A DNA stretch of 24,000 bases from Candidatus Caldarchaeum sp. Its GTDB lineage: Archaea; Thermoproteota; Nitrososphaeria_A; Caldarchaeales; Caldarchaeaceae. The DNA lies in contig JAWBRA010000014.1 in assembly GCA_038844785.1 (NCBI GenBank), forward strand, positions 14,911-38,910. Reading direction: 5' to 3'. The translations under genes were made by a program, and so were the position numbers. Numbering within the stretch: position 1 is the stretch's first letter; every line of letters begins with the position of its first letter. The notes beneath the pieces were generated by a model that saw only the letters and a program-made list of their open reading frames with translations, did no database searches and was not told where the DNA came from. Below are positions 22,946 to 24,000 of this stretch, piece after piece.

Positions 22946-23950
22946 TTACTCTGTTTCAGTGACGAAACGCCAGAGCTCGTCTTGGACAGGGCCTTTTATC
23001 TTCTCCTCCCCCTCCTTCGAGAAAATCCGCATGCCCATCTTCCTTTTAACGATCCGTCCGATAACCCTAGCTTCGGTCTTCTCAACAACCCTCTTGCTCA
23101 GCCGCGATGCAGTAGCTAGAAGCGTTCCCGAGCTTATCAGCTTTAAAGGGTCTATGTCCAAGACGCGGCAGATCTTTTCCACCAACGGGTCGATCAACAC
23201 TCTTGACCTATCTACATAAAACCCGACAGAAGAAGCTTGAGCCAACTCATACAGTCCGCCGGCCAACCCTCCTTCAGTAGGGTCATGCATAGCGGAAACC
23301 CCTTCACGGGCAAAAGCCAAAGCTTCTTCAACTACGCTTGTTTTCCGAATGAAGCCGACGGCTCGTCTTATGCTGTTTGAACCGATGTTCCTCTTTCTCA
23401 AAACATGCGGATAGTCTGAGGCGATTATTGCAGCTCCTTCAAGCCCCACCGATTTGACCATCACTATAAGGTCTCCAGGCCTGGCTCCATGGCTTGTTAT
23501 CGGCTTACTACCTATGAGCCTGCCCATCATGTGGCCGACAACAGTAGGGGATGTGACGAATGGCGCTACTTCAGAATGCCCCGTGACCACGGCGACTTTA
23601 AGCCTACGGCAGGCCATGTGAATCTGTTTTATTATCTTCGAAAGATCGCTGTAGCTGCTTCCTTTAGGCATTAAAATTGTTGATGAAAACCAAGCAGGTT
23701 TCCCACCTGAAACAGCAACGTCGTTTGCCGAAGCATGCACCGCAAGCCATCCCACGAATTTTTTTGACCCAGTAATTGGGTCTGTTGAGAGCAAGTAAAC
23801 GGTGTTAGATGTTTTAACCGCTCCAGCGTCCTCGCCGAAACTAGGCCAGACAACGACGTCTTTCCTCACATACCCGAGATGTTTGAGGACATATTTTTTC
23901 AAAACGTTCTCCGGAAGCTTTCCAAGGGGTAGCATCCGGCCTGAAACCAT
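22946..23950 (-). CDS. AIR-synthase-related protein (PurM/HypE/ThiL superfamily)
   Basis: 334 aa. 'GEDAGAV...LSTDPITG...AVHASANDVAVSGGKPAWFSSTILMP' and '...VVTGHSEV' follow the PurM-like N-domain pattern, and 'MHDPTEGGLAGGLYELA' follows the C-domain pattern. It lacks a HypE-type C-terminal Cys motif, so I make only a superfamily call. Confidence 0.75.
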   Translation of the reverse strand: MVSGRMLPLGKLPENVLKKYVLKHLGYVRKDVVVWPSFGEDAGAVKTSNTVYLLSTDPITGSKKFVGWLAVHASANDVAVSGGKPAWFSSTILMPKGSSYSDLSKIIKQIHMACRRLKVAVVTGHSEVAPFVTSPTVVGHMMGRLIGSKPITSHGARPGDLIVMVKSVGLEGAAIIASDYPHVLRKRNIGSNSIRRAVGFIRKTSVVEEALAFAREGVSAMHDPTEGGLAGGLYELAQASSVGFYVDRSRVLIDPLVEKICRVLDIDPLKLISSGTLLATASRLSKRVVEKTEARVIGRIVKRKMGMRIFSKEGEEKIKGPVQDELWRFVTETE

Positions 23951-24000
23951 GCCAGCATCCTTGAAGGCTATCCGAGGGCTTGGAGTATCTGCGCAGCCTT

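Noticed and set aside
1-24000. CRISPR arrays, tandem spacer-repeat structures, tRNA/rRNA genes
   Set aside because: By eye I saw no regularly spaced direct repeats of 24-40 nt and no tRNA- or rRNA-like conserved boxes. The only multi-copy motifs are those reported in the 11.9-13.8 kb island.
23951-24000. Possible 3' end of another minus-strand gene (...KAAQILQALG, stop at 23968-23970)
   Set aside because: Only 10 codons are visible in the window, which is too few to support a call.

Overview
This is an archaeal chromosomal segment. Hallmark genes are TFB, aIF1/SUI1, archaeal-type SAM synthetase, Elp3, NucS/EndoMS, an Sm-like protein, CysRS and IleRS. It is very gene-dense: neighbouring genes abut or overlap, several starts are GTG or TTG, and GGTG-type Shine-Dalgarno motifs precede internal operon genes. 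I support about 22 CDSs, a copper/nitrite-reductase-like cluster with a divergent HTH regulator and candidate operators, and a few promoter and terminator signals. I found no tRNA, rRNA or CRISPR array.

The clear outlier is a ~3 kb island (about 11.8-14.9 kb) between the SAM synthetase and Sm genes.
- It holds a 285-aa basic ORF (12070-12927, minus strand) whose motif order looks like a minimal, highly divergent IS110-family protein (RuvC-like DEDD domain plus helix-hairpin-helix 'Transposase_20'-like domain), with apparent substitutions at expected catalytic positions.
- A perfect 19-bp inverted repeat brackets the ORF (11925-11943 / 13311-13329). A third, degenerate copy lies at 13383-13404 and an extra 8-mer core at 12082-12089.
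- 5' of the ORF there are 1.9 kb with no credible ORF. About 0.95 kb of this (12.96-13.90 kb) is much more GC-rich than its surroundings and is packed with consecutive near-perfect hairpins.

I read the island as a candidate ncRNA-coupled, bridge/seek-RNA-like recombinase module, or an IS110/IS1111-like element sitting in a structured-RNA locus. Its strand, boundaries and function are unproven and need HMM or structure searches and RNA-seq.
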